Assembly: GCA_963774265.1 (NCBI GenBank)
Contig: CAVZDU010000002.1
Span: 96,001-160,000 of the forward strand
DNA from: an uncultured Chloroflexia bacterium
Lineage (GTDB): Bacteria; Chloroflexota; Anaerolineae; CG2-30-64-16
Length of the DNA stretch: 64,000 nt
Direction: 5' to 3'
Within the stretch, counting starts at the first letter, position 1. Every line of letters starts with the position of its first letter. This document shows positions 39,371-47,991 of the stretch, piece after piece. A program made the translations under genes and the position numbers. The notes below the pieces were generated by a model that worked only from the letters and a program-made list of their open reading frames with translations, was not told the origin of the DNA and ran no database searches.

Positions 39371-39586
39371 CCGGATTTCTCGCTTTCTCAATCAACTCAC
39401 TCCTTGCGATAACACGCAGAATGTGGGAACCGAATCCCCCTTATGGCGTCTTACGTTTGTACGATATAGGACGGTCGCGTCCCTTGTCGGTGAAGCAGCA
39501 CACACTGCTTGCCAAAGCGGGCTTCTAAGGGTAACATTTTCACCATAGATATCATGAACCACTTCGCGAAAGGAGATCAACTTGTG

Positions 39587-42022
39587 ATGGCACTTCATGA
39601 ACGCTGTAGCCAGTCGGCCAAGGCGCGCCGACGGAATTCGCACTCTCGGACCATCCGGACGATGTCCGTGATCTTAATGCTACTGCTCACCTCTGTCGCA
39701 GGCCCAGTTGCGTTGGCCGAGGAGACTCCCTATCCAACACCCACGGCCGGCCCACTAAACCCGCTGGAACTCAAGCTACTCGAAGAATCGCGGTTGGACG
39801 TCGAGCCTACGGGCTACCCCTATTTCGAACGCGGCTATCCCAAGGATATCCCTGGATTCGCGCCAGGTGCATCTTCGGATGCAGACGCGGCCGCCATCGA
39901 CGCTCTTGGCAGTTGGAGCAACGAGCAGTTGTGCACCGGCAACGAGCAATGTCTTGTCGGCGACTTCAACGGGGACAATCGCGATGATGTAGCCGTGCTG
40001 TACCGCGACACCCGCGCCGAACCGGATCGCGGGGACGTCAAGGTCGCCCTCTCTGGCGGCGCTTACTTCTCGTCATCCAGCAAGTGGCTGGATGGGGTGT
40101 GCACGGGCAATCAGCTTTGCAAGGCTGGCGACGTGAATCGCGATGGCAAGGATGACTTGGTCATCTTCCATCGCGGCTATGGCGAGGCTGGAACCGGGAA
40201 CGTCCGTGTTGCTATCTCCACCGGCAGCAGCTTCGCAGCGCCCTCTCTCTGGCACTCCTATTTCTGCGTCGGTGATCAGGTCTGCGATGTCGGCAACTTC
40301 GACGGCGTCAACGGAGACGACATCATTCTCTTCGTCCGGAGTACAGCCGACGATCCGTACCGTGGCGATGTCCAAGTCGCACGTTCCAACGGTTTCAGTG
40401 GTTTCGGGACGCCGGAGACCTGGGCAGGTTTCTTCTGTATCAATCAGGAAGAGTGTCGCGTCGGCGACTTCAACGGCGATAGCCGGGACGACATAGCGTT
40501 CTTCGTGAAGTCCGGCGATGGCCAGGGCCGCTTTGGCGTTTCTCTCTCCACGGGAGGTAGCTTCGGCGGGGCAAATGACTGGGCTACCTATTTCTGCGTC
40601 AAGAACGAACAATGTGAGATCGGCGATTTCGACGGCGACGGCCGAGATGACGGCCTAGCCCTTCTGCGAGGCAGTGAAGACGACCTCTCTAAATATGGCA
40701 ACGCATACGTCGCACTCTCGACCGGTGGATCATTCTACAATTCGCAGCTCTGGAGCGACCTGCTCTGCGTGCCGGGTGAGGACTGTGGGGTTGGCGATTT
40801 CAACGGCGACGGCCGAGACGATGTCATCCGATTCGTCAAGCAGTCAGCGGACTCGACCAGAATCGGTCTGGTCCTGGTAGCCCTCGCGTCTGGAACGCCA
40901 ACCGGCTTCTTCCCGACCCCGAAAGGGTCCGGCGGCCTATGGTTGTCAAGCTTCTGTACAGGGGCACAAAGCTGTCTGACGGGCGACTTCAACGGCGACA
41001 ATCGCGATGACGTCGCATTTCTCGTCCGCAACACCCAAAGTAGCGGGGGAGAAGGCGATGTATTCGTTGCGCTATCCGACGGCACACAATTCGGGCCACC
41101 ATTTAAGTGGCACGATTACTTCTGTGTCGGCTCGGACGTATGCGAGGTCGGCGACTTCAACGGTGATGGCCGGGACGACCTCGTCTCGTTCAGCCGCGCA
41201 ACAGCCTCCTATGGCAACGTCTTCGTCACATTATCAGGCGGCGGGAGTTTCCAAACCACCCAGGTGTGGAATGGCTACTTCTGCGTAGGCTCAGAGTGGT
41301 GCGAGGTGGGTGACTTCAACGGTGATAGCCGGGACGATATCGCGCTATTCACTCGCACCGCTTACGGCGAGACGTCCCGCGCGGGCGATGTTGAGGTTGC
41401 AATCTCCACTGGCGACCTGACAAGCGGCCTGTTCGTGCACAGAGGCCTCTGGCATAACTTCTTCTGCATCAACCAGGAATCGTGCCAGACAGGCGACTTC
41501 AACGGCGATGGCTTGGATGACATCGCAACATTCACTAAGGGCGGCAGCGCCAACGTCTGGGTCGAACTCTCGAATGGTGCGAGTTTCGGCGATGGCAACG
41601 CGCCCGCCGAACTCTGGAGTGACCTCTTCTGTGCTGCCAACGAAGCCTGCGACACTGGTGATTTCGATGGTAATGGCCGTGATGACGTCATCACCTTCCT
41701 CCAGTCTGACTATGCCGGCAGCAATCCCGAGACGACCGGCGATGTGATCGTTGGAATCTCGGCTGGCTCGCTTGCAGCTGGGGGATTTGTCTCCCAGCCA
41801 AAGTGGGCCCACTACTTCTGCATCGGCACCGAAATCTGCGAAACGGGCGATTTCGATGGCGACGGAATCAAGGACATCGCGGCCTTCACCCGCGGAACAA
41901 CCGGCAATGTCTACGTAGCGCTGGCGAAGATCGGCACAGGTTACTTTTTCGCGGACACGCCTGGCGTTCCACCAGTACAGCATTGGGTCATGTCTCTGTT
42001 GATACGACACACTGCACAGTGA
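39587..42022 (+). CDS. Secreted FG-GAP/VCBS repeat protein with 12 Cys-paired repeats
   Basis: 12 x W..(F/L)C-x5-C.xGDF(N/D)GD..DD units; signal peptide; start chosen after RBS AAGGAG. Confidence 0.85.
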   Translation: MALHERCSQSAKARRRNSHSRTIRTMSVILMLLLTSVAGPVALAEETPYPTPTAGPLNPLELKLLEESRLDVEPTGYPYFERGYPKDIPGFAPGASSDADAAAIDALGSWSNEQLCTGNEQCLVGDFNGDNRDDVAVLYRDTRAEPDRGDVKVALSGGAYFSSSSKWLDGVCTGNQLCKAGDVNRDGKDDLVIFHRGYGEAGTGNVRVAISTGSSFAAPSLWHSYFCVGDQVCDVGNFDGVNGDDIILFVRSTADDPYRGDVQVARSNGFSGFGTPETWAGFFCINQEECRVGDFNGDSRDDIAFFVKSGDGQGRFGVSLSTGGSFGGANDWATYFCVKNEQCEIGDFDGDGRDDGLALLRGSEDDLSKYGNAYVALSTGGSFYNSQLWSDLLCVPGEDCGVGDFNGDGRDDVIRFVKQSADSTRIGLVLVALASGTPTGFFPTPKGSGGLWLSSFCTGAQSCLTGDFNGDNRDDVAFLVRNTQSSGGEGDVFVALSDGTQFGPPFKWHDYFCVGSDVCEVGDFNGDGRDDLVSFSRATASYGNVFVTLSGGGSFQTTQVWNGYFCVGSEWCEVGDFNGDSRDDIALFTRTAYGETSRAGDVEVAISTGDLTSGLFVHRGLWHNFFCINQESCQTGDFNGDGLDDIATFTKGGSANVWVELSNGASFGDGNAPAELWSDLFCAANEACDTGDFDGNGRDDVITFLQSDYAGSNPETTGDVIVGISAGSLAAGGFVSQPKWAHYFCIGTEICETGDFDGDGIKDIAAFTRGTTGNVYVALAKIGTGYFFADTPGVPPVQHWVMSLLIRHTAQ

Positions 42023-42492
42023 AAACGCTGGGGATGCGGGTGCTCGAGGCGCGGGACATCCCCTTTGAAGTGGTGACGTACGAGGTGATCGAGCACCTGT
42101 CGGCCGCGGAGGTGGCTGCTGCGTTGGGGCTAGACGCCGGTCAAACATTCAAAACCCTGGTCGCGCTGCCGGAACGCCCACACGCCAAACCCGTGCTGGT
42201 GCTTCTGCCCGGCGACAGCACGTTGGACCTAAAGAAACTGGCCACGGCGAGCGGAGAGAAGAAGATGCGGATGGCCTCCCACAAAGAGGCCGAGCACCTG
42301 ACCGGCCTGGAGAAAGGCGGCATCTCGCCATTGGCGCTGATGGAGAAGAACTGGCCTGTGTATGTCGACGAAACGGTCATCCTCTATGAGCGGATCGAGA
42401 TTAGCGCGGGCAAGGTGGGTGTAGGGGTGCTCGTCGCTGTCCAACCACTTCTTGACCTTCTGCAGGCAGTCCTGGCTGACCTGAAGGCCTAA
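42019..42492 (+). CDS. ybaK: YbaK/EbsC aminoacyl-tRNA deacylase
   Basis: GTG 42019 overlaps the upstream stop; QTFKTLV, LDLKKLA, TGLEKGGISPL, ISAGKVG. Confidence 0.85.
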   Translation: MKTLGMRVLEARDIPFEVVTYEVIEHLSAAEVAAALGLDAGQTFKTLVALPERPHAKPVLVLLPGDSTLDLKKLATASGEKKMRMASHKEAEHLTGLEKGGISPLALMEKNWPVYVDETVILYERIEISAGKVGVGVLVAVQPLLDLLQAVLADLKA

Positions 42493-42634
42493 GCGCTGGC
42501 CCGCTGAGATGCTCTATTTCAGCGGGCCAGCTCATCGTCGACGCACCAGATTGTCGCGATATGGGACTCTTTCTCACATCCAAGAGCATGTCAGCCTTCG
42601 TATCCTGTAACGCACACACTCAAGGAGGGTGCAC

Positions 42635-43072
42635 ATGAAACGACTGTTCATGCTCGTCGTGATCCTCGCCGTCGTAGGCGTCGTCGCGATCCAACTCATA
42701 CCGGTTGACCGCACAAACCCACCCGTCACTCGCGAGATCGCCTGGAACTCCCCCGAGACCCGCGCCCTGGCCCAGCGCGCATGCTTTGACTGCCACAGCA
42801 ACGAGACTAAGTGGCCCTTCTACGCCTACATCGCTCCCATGTCCTTGATGTTGGCCGATCATGTGACCGAAGGCCGCGACCGGCTGAATTTCTCCGAATG
42901 GGACAGGCAGAATGGAGACTTTGAGGCAATTGCGGAAGTAGTGACTGAGGGAGAGATGCCCCCGGCGAACTACCTGCTTCTCCACCCGGAAGCGCGACTC
43001 ACGGATCTCGAGAAGCAACAGCTACTTAATGGCCTTGAGGCGACCTACCAGCGGGACCCTGCTCGCTTGTAA
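42635..43072 (+). CDS. Haem-binding domain c-type cytochrome
   Basis: RACFDCHSNET (CxxCH), LNFSEW, GEMPP; N-terminal TM. Confidence 0.9.
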   Translation: MKRLFMLVVILAVVGVVAIQLIPVDRTNPPVTREIAWNSPETRALAQRACFDCHSNETKWPFYAYIAPMSLMLADHVTEGRDRLNFSEWDRQNGDFEAIAEVVTEGEMPPANYLLLHPEARLTDLEKQQLLNGLEATYQRDPARL

Positions 43073-43179
43073 GTCAGTTTAGTCCGATGTCTCGCAAATC
43101 GCAGCCCTCGAGGGACGCCTGACTCCGTCGAGGGCTGTTCGCCAGTGGAGACTTCAGCACATTCAGTGAATTGCGGCAC

Positions 43180-44799
43180 CAGCAATTCTAAATATGGCGG
43201 GGAGTGGTAGACTGGGAGGTGAGCCAGCGAATCCGGCGTGAGGTGGGGCGAGGCATGGGTGGGAAACAGGTAAGGTTCAGCGAGTTGCTGCGGTTTTTGC
43301 GGGCCAGCCTGGAACGGATTCCGGAGCACCGGCGGGGTGAGAACGGGCACTATGCGATTGCGGATGCCGGGCTAGCGGCTTTCTCGGTGTTCTTCATGCA
43401 GGAGCCCTCCTTTCTGGCCTACCAAACGAACCTGCAGGAGAACCACGGGCGCAATAACGCCAAGAGCCTGTTTGGCGTGGCGGAGATTCCCAGCGATGGG
43501 CAGACTCGCAATCTGCTCGATCCAGTCGATCCGGTCCTGCTGGGCGAACCCTTTTGGGCGAGCTACGAACTGCTGGCCCGGCGTGGGGCGCTGCGGGACT
43601 ATCACGGTGCGACTGGTAGTCAGTTGGTGTCGCTGGACGGCACGCAGTCCTTTGCATCCCAGAAGGTGCACTGTGACAACTGCCGGGTGACGGTACGCGA
43701 CGGACGTACCTATTATGCGCATCAAGTGTTGCTTGCAGTAGTGGGCGCGCCCGCGCAGCCGCACGTGGTCTGTCTGCCGCCGGAGTTCATCACGCCGCAG
43801 GACGGGGCAGACAAACAGGACTGCGAGCAGCGGGCCATCAAGCGCTGGGTCAAGCAGCATGCCGGGCGCTTTGCGCCTTGGAGTACGACCGTCTTGACCG
43901 ACGATCTGCATGCGCACCAGCCGGTCTGTCAATTACTCTTGGATCACCACCTGCACTTCATCCTCACCTGCAAACCCGACTCGCACCCGACGCTGTACGA
44001 AGAGTTGCAGCTTCTGGAGCGGGTCGAGGGGGCAGTGGGAAGCAAGCGCATCCGGCGCTGGAACGGCCGCCATCATGAGGTCTGGCAATATCGTTGGGCG
44101 AGTGAGTTGCCGATCCGCGAAGGGCAGGACGCACTCAAGGTCAACTGGTGTGAGTTGCGGCTGATCAACCAGGAGAGCGGCGAGCAGCTGTATCACAACG
44201 CCTGGCTCACCGACCACGCTTTGGACGAAACTTCAGTCGAGGCCGTCGCCCAGGATGGGCGGAGCCGCTGGAAGGTCGAAAACGAAGGCATCAACGTGCT
44301 CAAGCAGCGCGGCTACCATTTCGAGCACAACTACGGACATGGCGACCAGCACCTGGCCGCTGTGCTTTTGAGTTTGCTGCTGCTGGCCTTCCTGTTCCAC
44401 ACGGCGCTGGACCTGGCCTGCCTGATGTACCAGGCCATCCGCCAGAAGCTGCGCACCCGCCGCAAGTTCTTCGATGACCTGCGCGGCTTGACGACCTATC
44501 TCTACTGGCGCAGCTTCCAGCACCTGCTCAGCTTCATGTATCGCCAACTGGAGTTGGGTCCGCCAGCCCCAGCCTAATGCCCGATGGGCCTGACCGCCCA
44601 TTGATCCCGGCCCCGGTCGGAGGCTGTCGCCTGTCCAGCGCCAGCGCCCAGTGCCGCCAGCTCCACTCCCGGCCGCCCGACCCGCCTCTTTCCGGCCCTC
44701 AATCTGCCACCGCGGCTGTCCACCCGCACGCAGGCAGCCCCCGGCTACCTCCGACCTTGACTTCACCGGCTTGGAGCCATGCCAAATTCAGAATTGCTG
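43180..44799 (+). mobile_element. Complete insertion sequence (ISNCY-like DDE), 1,620 bp, 9-bp target duplication
   Basis: Terminal inverted repeats CAGCAATTCTAAATATGGC (43180-43198) and GCCAAATTCAGAATTGCTG (44781-44799). TTGCGGCAC is duplicated at 43171-43179 and 44800-44808. Confidence 0.95.
43255..44577 (+). CDS. DDE transposase (ISNCY-like)
   Basis: SLDGT, KQDCE, TDDL, GRSRWKVENE, GYHFEHNYGHG. Confidence 0.93.
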   Translation: MGGKQVRFSELLRFLRASLERIPEHRRGENGHYAIADAGLAAFSVFFMQEPSFLAYQTNLQENHGRNNAKSLFGVAEIPSDGQTRNLLDPVDPVLLGEPFWASYELLARRGALRDYHGATGSQLVSLDGTQSFASQKVHCDNCRVTVRDGRTYYAHQVLLAVVGAPAQPHVVCLPPEFITPQDGADKQDCEQRAIKRWVKQHAGRFAPWSTTVLTDDLHAHQPVCQLLLDHHLHFILTCKPDSHPTLYEELQLLERVEGAVGSKRIRRWNGRHHEVWQYRWASELPIREGQDALKVNWCELRLINQESGEQLYHNAWLTDHALDETSVEAVAQDGRSRWKVENEGINVLKQRGYHFEHNYGHGDQHLAAVLLSLLLLAFLFHTALDLACLMYQAIRQKLRTRRKFFDDLRGLTTYLYWRSFQHLLSFMYRQLELGPPAPA

Positions 44800-44816
44800 T
44801 TGCGGCACACCGTCGG

Positions 44817-44845
44817 TTGACATATGGAAAACCTTCATGTATATT
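44817..44845 (+). promoter_or_regulatory. Sigma70 promoter of the pgsA-like/ECF operon
   Basis: TTGACA(44817-22)-17 bp-TATATT(44840-45). Confidence 0.65.
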
Positions 44846-44886
44846 GTATATGTATTTAACGGTCATTTATACCCCGAGCGTGAAGC

Positions 44887-45471
44887 ATGGTTGCAAATCT
44901 TGCCAGAGCCTGGAGCGCGCGCATCATCGAACCCATTGCGCGGTTCTTGGGCTCTCTGGGGTTGTCACCAAACTCCGTGACGATCCTGGGTTTCATCCTC
45001 ACACTTGCAGTGGCTGGCGTGCTGGCCAGCGGTCGTCTTCTCCTCGCAGGTCTCCTACTTATAGTCACACTTGCGTTCGATGCGGTAGATGGTACTCTGG
45101 CCAGGCTCTTGGGCCAGACCACTCGTTTCGGCGCTTTCCTGGATTCAACACTGGACCGTTGGGCCGAGGTGGCCATGTTCGTGGCCATCGTTTGGGTCTA
45201 CTTGCAAGTTAATAACCCCCTGGGCGTGATTCTGGCAGTTCTCTCGCTAGCCATGTCGTTGTTGGTGAGTTACACACGAGCCAGGGCCGAAGGTATTGGA
45301 CTCGAGTGCAAGGAGGGCATTCTAACGCGCTTCGAACGGATGGTGATCCTGATTCTCGGCCTGATCGTCGGACAACTCATCTGGGCTCTGGCGATTATCG
45401 CCGCGCTGGCAGGCATCACCGCCGTCCAGCGCATCCTGGTCACCTGGCAGGGCGCCAAGGCGATCAGGTAG
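44887..45471 (+). CDS. CDP-alcohol phosphatidyltransferase
   Basis: PNSVT, DAVDGTLAR...GAFLDSTLDR, SYTRARAEG. Confidence 0.93.
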   Translation: MVANLARAWSARIIEPIARFLGSLGLSPNSVTILGFILTLAVAGVLASGRLLLAGLLLIVTLAFDAVDGTLARLLGQTTRFGAFLDSTLDRWAEVAMFVAIVWVYLQVNNPLGVILAVLSLAMSLLVSYTRARAEGIGLECKEGILTRFERMVILILGLIVGQLIWALAIIAALAGITAVQRILVTWQGAKAIR

Positions 45472-45499
45472 TGGACACTCCGGTGGCCACGAATTTGCG

Positions 45500-46120
45500 A
45501 TGAGTTTGCTAAACTGGCTCGTTTGGGCGTTATCTTTTGTCACCTTTGGCGTCTTCAAAGGTGATGGAACGCGCATTGAGCCGCCAGATGAGGAACAAGA
45601 TCTGCTGGAGAGGGCTATCCGCGCCGAACCGGCCGCTTTAGGGATGCTGTATGATCAGTATGTCGATAGGATATACGCCTACATCTACCATCGAGTTGGA
45701 CAGGCGGACCTGGCTGAGGATCTCACCGGCCAGGTGTTTATGCGGATGCTCGAGGCGGTGCGGACCGGCAGGGGCTGGCGCACATCCTTTTCCGGGTGGC
45801 TTTACCGGATCGCGCATAACCTGGTGATCGATCATTATCGACGTAAACACCGTGCGACCCTGGTCGATATTGACGAAGCAGAACCAGTGCAGGCGCAGAC
45901 CGGAGATCCGGTACGATCGGTGGAAAAACAGTATGAGCGCGAGCGGCTGCGAACAGCACTCGCGAAGCTGACGGAAGAGCAATCCCAGGTGATTTCATTG
46001 CGCTTCCTGGAGGACTTGAGCATCGCTGAATCTGCTGAGATCATGGAGAAGACCGAGGGCGCGGTCAAGGCGCTGCAGTATCGCGCAGTCCTGGCCCTGC
46101 GGCGGGTGATGCAACCATGA
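45500..46120 (+). CDS. ECF sigma factor
   Basis: AEDLTGQVF, FSGWLYRIAHN, LTEEQSQVISLRF, GAVKALQYRA. Confidence 0.93.
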   Translation: MSLLNWLVWALSFVTFGVFKGDGTRIEPPDEEQDLLERAIRAEPAALGMLYDQYVDRIYAYIYHRVGQADLAEDLTGQVFMRMLEAVRTGRGWRTSFSGWLYRIAHNLVIDHYRRKHRATLVDIDEAEPVQAQTGDPVRSVEKQYERERLRTALAKLTEEQSQVISLRFLEDLSIAESAEIMEKTEGAVKALQYRAVLALRRVMQP

Positions 46121-47976
46121 TACCCCGCGAAAACGACCACCTCAGCGCTTTGCTGGCTGAATGCGCCGATATGATTATGTCGGGGGCCAGCCTGGCTGCC
46201 TGCCTGGAGCGCTTCCCTGAGCAGGCCACTGAGCTCGAGCCGCTGCTGGCCACCGTCGCCGGCGTGCGCGAGCTCCGTCCCGTTCCCCAGCGGCCGGCCG
46301 ACAACGCCATAAGCTCCCGTACAGCCTTCATGACTGAAGTCTTCCGCATGCAAAAGCGGCGGTCAGCTATCAGCCCGTATGCCCCGTGGTGGCAACGACT
46401 CTTCGCAGCACCTCGTTCTGGCGCCCCCTACGCACGCCCTATGGGCCTTATCGCGATTTTGCTAATTGTAATTATTAGTGGTATAGTAATTTCTGGTAGC
46501 GTTACCCTGGCTGCAGACGCACTGCCTGGGGATTTGCTCTACGGCGTGAAGACCGCCTCCGAGAACGTACGCATATTCTTCACGCCAGACGGCGAGACCC
46601 GAGATGAGTTGCGCGCTGTATATCGCCAGCGCCGCATCGACGAAGCTGAGGCGGTTGTCGAAAGCAGGCGACCCGTTGACAACTTAAGACTGCAGGGACT
46701 CATCGAGTCGTTCGACACGACACAATGGGTGATTTCCGGGCTACGCGTGACGCTGGACGCGTCCTCGCAGGTTGAGGGCGAGCCCTTTGTGGGCGCCTCG
46801 GTGGAAGGCGTCGTGCGAGCTCCAGGAGACGGCAAGCTAGTGCTTGTCTATGCGGTGGTTCAACCGCTGCCGGACGGTGCGACGGCGCTGGCAATGCCAG
46901 ACGCCTCAGTCACTCCGACGACGGCGCCGACCCCTACGGCGACACCCACGGTCACGCCGTCACCGACGCTCACGCATGCGCCAGTGCCGCTGTCGCTCCC
47001 GGGAATGACGCCGTCGGAGCCAACCGATGCACCGACCTCGACCGCGACCGTCATGGCGTCGCCTACAGGCACGGCTACGTTGACGCCCACGCTCACCCGC
47101 ACGCAAACGCCGACAGTCACACGAACCCCCACGGCGACGTGGACGCTGCCGGCGCCACGCGAAAAGCCGGTCAAAAGCCGAGTTGTGGGCCGTCTGACGT
47201 CTATCAGCGGCAACGTCTGGACGGTAGGCGGGACTGCCATCGAAGTCAACTCGTCCACAAGCATCACCGGCTCGCCCGTGGTTGGCGCAGTGGTGGAGTG
47301 CGTGGTAGAACAACGATCCGACGCTTTGCCCCTGGCGCTCAGTTGCGTGGTCATCGCACCGCCCGAAGCGACGCCAGAGCCGTACGAATTCCAGGACTTT
47401 GTCCAGGCCATCGACGGTGAATGGTGGTCCATCGGAGGGCAGCGGGTCAAAGTGACCGGCGACACGACGCTGGTGGACAATCCGGTTGTCGGGGATCTGG
47501 TCAATGTCAAAACATTGCGTCAGTCGAACGGCGAATTGTGGGCGACGAGCATTAGCTTAGCCGGAGACGAAAGGCCGATCGATGGGACCATCGAGGCCTA
47601 CGCGGCAGGCAGCTCGATCACCGTCGATGGCTATACGATCGCTATCACGAGCAAAACGGTTATCAGAGGTGCACCGGAAGTGGGTCGTCGGGCACAGGTG
47701 CGAGCCCTGCAGAGGCCAGACGGAAGCCTGATCGCTCTGGAAATTGAAGTCGTCATCGAGACGACTCCGACAGAGACATCAGAGCCCGCTGCGTCGCCAA
47801 CGGTTGCGCCAACTGACACCGCGACGGTTGAACCGACAGCTACCGCGACGGTTGAACCGACAGCTACCGCGACGGTTGAGCCAACGGCCACTGATACAGT
47901 TGCGCCGACGGCCACCGACACGGTTGCACCGGCAGACACCGCCACTAGCGAGCCGACTGCGACGCCTACGCCATGA
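46117..47976 (+). CDS. Putative anti-sigma factor (TM + DUF5667/DUF5666 domains, Pro/Thr linkers)
   Basis: ACLERFPEQATELEPLL N-terminus, TM helix, ALPGDLLYGVKTASE, repeated OB-like W.(I/V).G modules; overlaps the sigma factor stop. Confidence 0.8.
   Translation: MIPRENDHLSALLAECADMIMSGASLAACLERFPEQATELEPLLATVAGVRELRPVPQRPADNAISSRTAFMTEVFRMQKRRSAISPYAPWWQRLFAAPRSGAPYARPMGLIAILLIVIISGIVISGSVTLAADALPGDLLYGVKTASENVRIFFTPDGETRDELRAVYRQRRIDEAEAVVESRRPVDNLRLQGLIESFDTTQWVISGLRVTLDASSQVEGEPFVGASVEGVVRAPGDGKLVLVYAVVQPLPDGATALAMPDASVTPTTAPTPTATPTVTPSPTLTHAPVPLSLPGMTPSEPTDAPTSTATVMASPTGTATLTPTLTRTQTPTVTRTPTATWTLPAPREKPVKSRVVGRLTSISGNVWTVGGTAIEVNSSTSITGSPVVGAVVECVVEQRSDALPLALSCVVIAPPEATPEPYEFQDFVQAIDGEWWSIGGQRVKVTGDTTLVDNPVVGDLVNVKTLRQSNGELWATSISLAGDERPIDGTIEAYAAGSSITVDGYTIAITSKTVIRGAPEVGRRAQVRALQRPDGSLIALEIEVVIETTPTETSEPAASPTVAPTDTATVEPTATATVEPTATATVEPTATDTVAPTATDTVAPADTATSEPTATPTP
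47818..47940 (+). repeat. 24-bp coding tandem repeat (TATVEPTA)
   Basis: ACCGCGACGGTTGAACCGACAGCT x2 exact, followed by degenerate copies. Confidence 0.85.
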
Positions 47977-47991
47977 AGGTTGGGAGCACTC

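Noticed and set aside
43109-43136. Hairpin CAGCCCTCGA...TCGAGGGCTG as part of the IS or a REP element
   Set aside because: Lies outside the IR/target-duplication boundaries and was seen only once; probably a terminator for the cytochrome gene.
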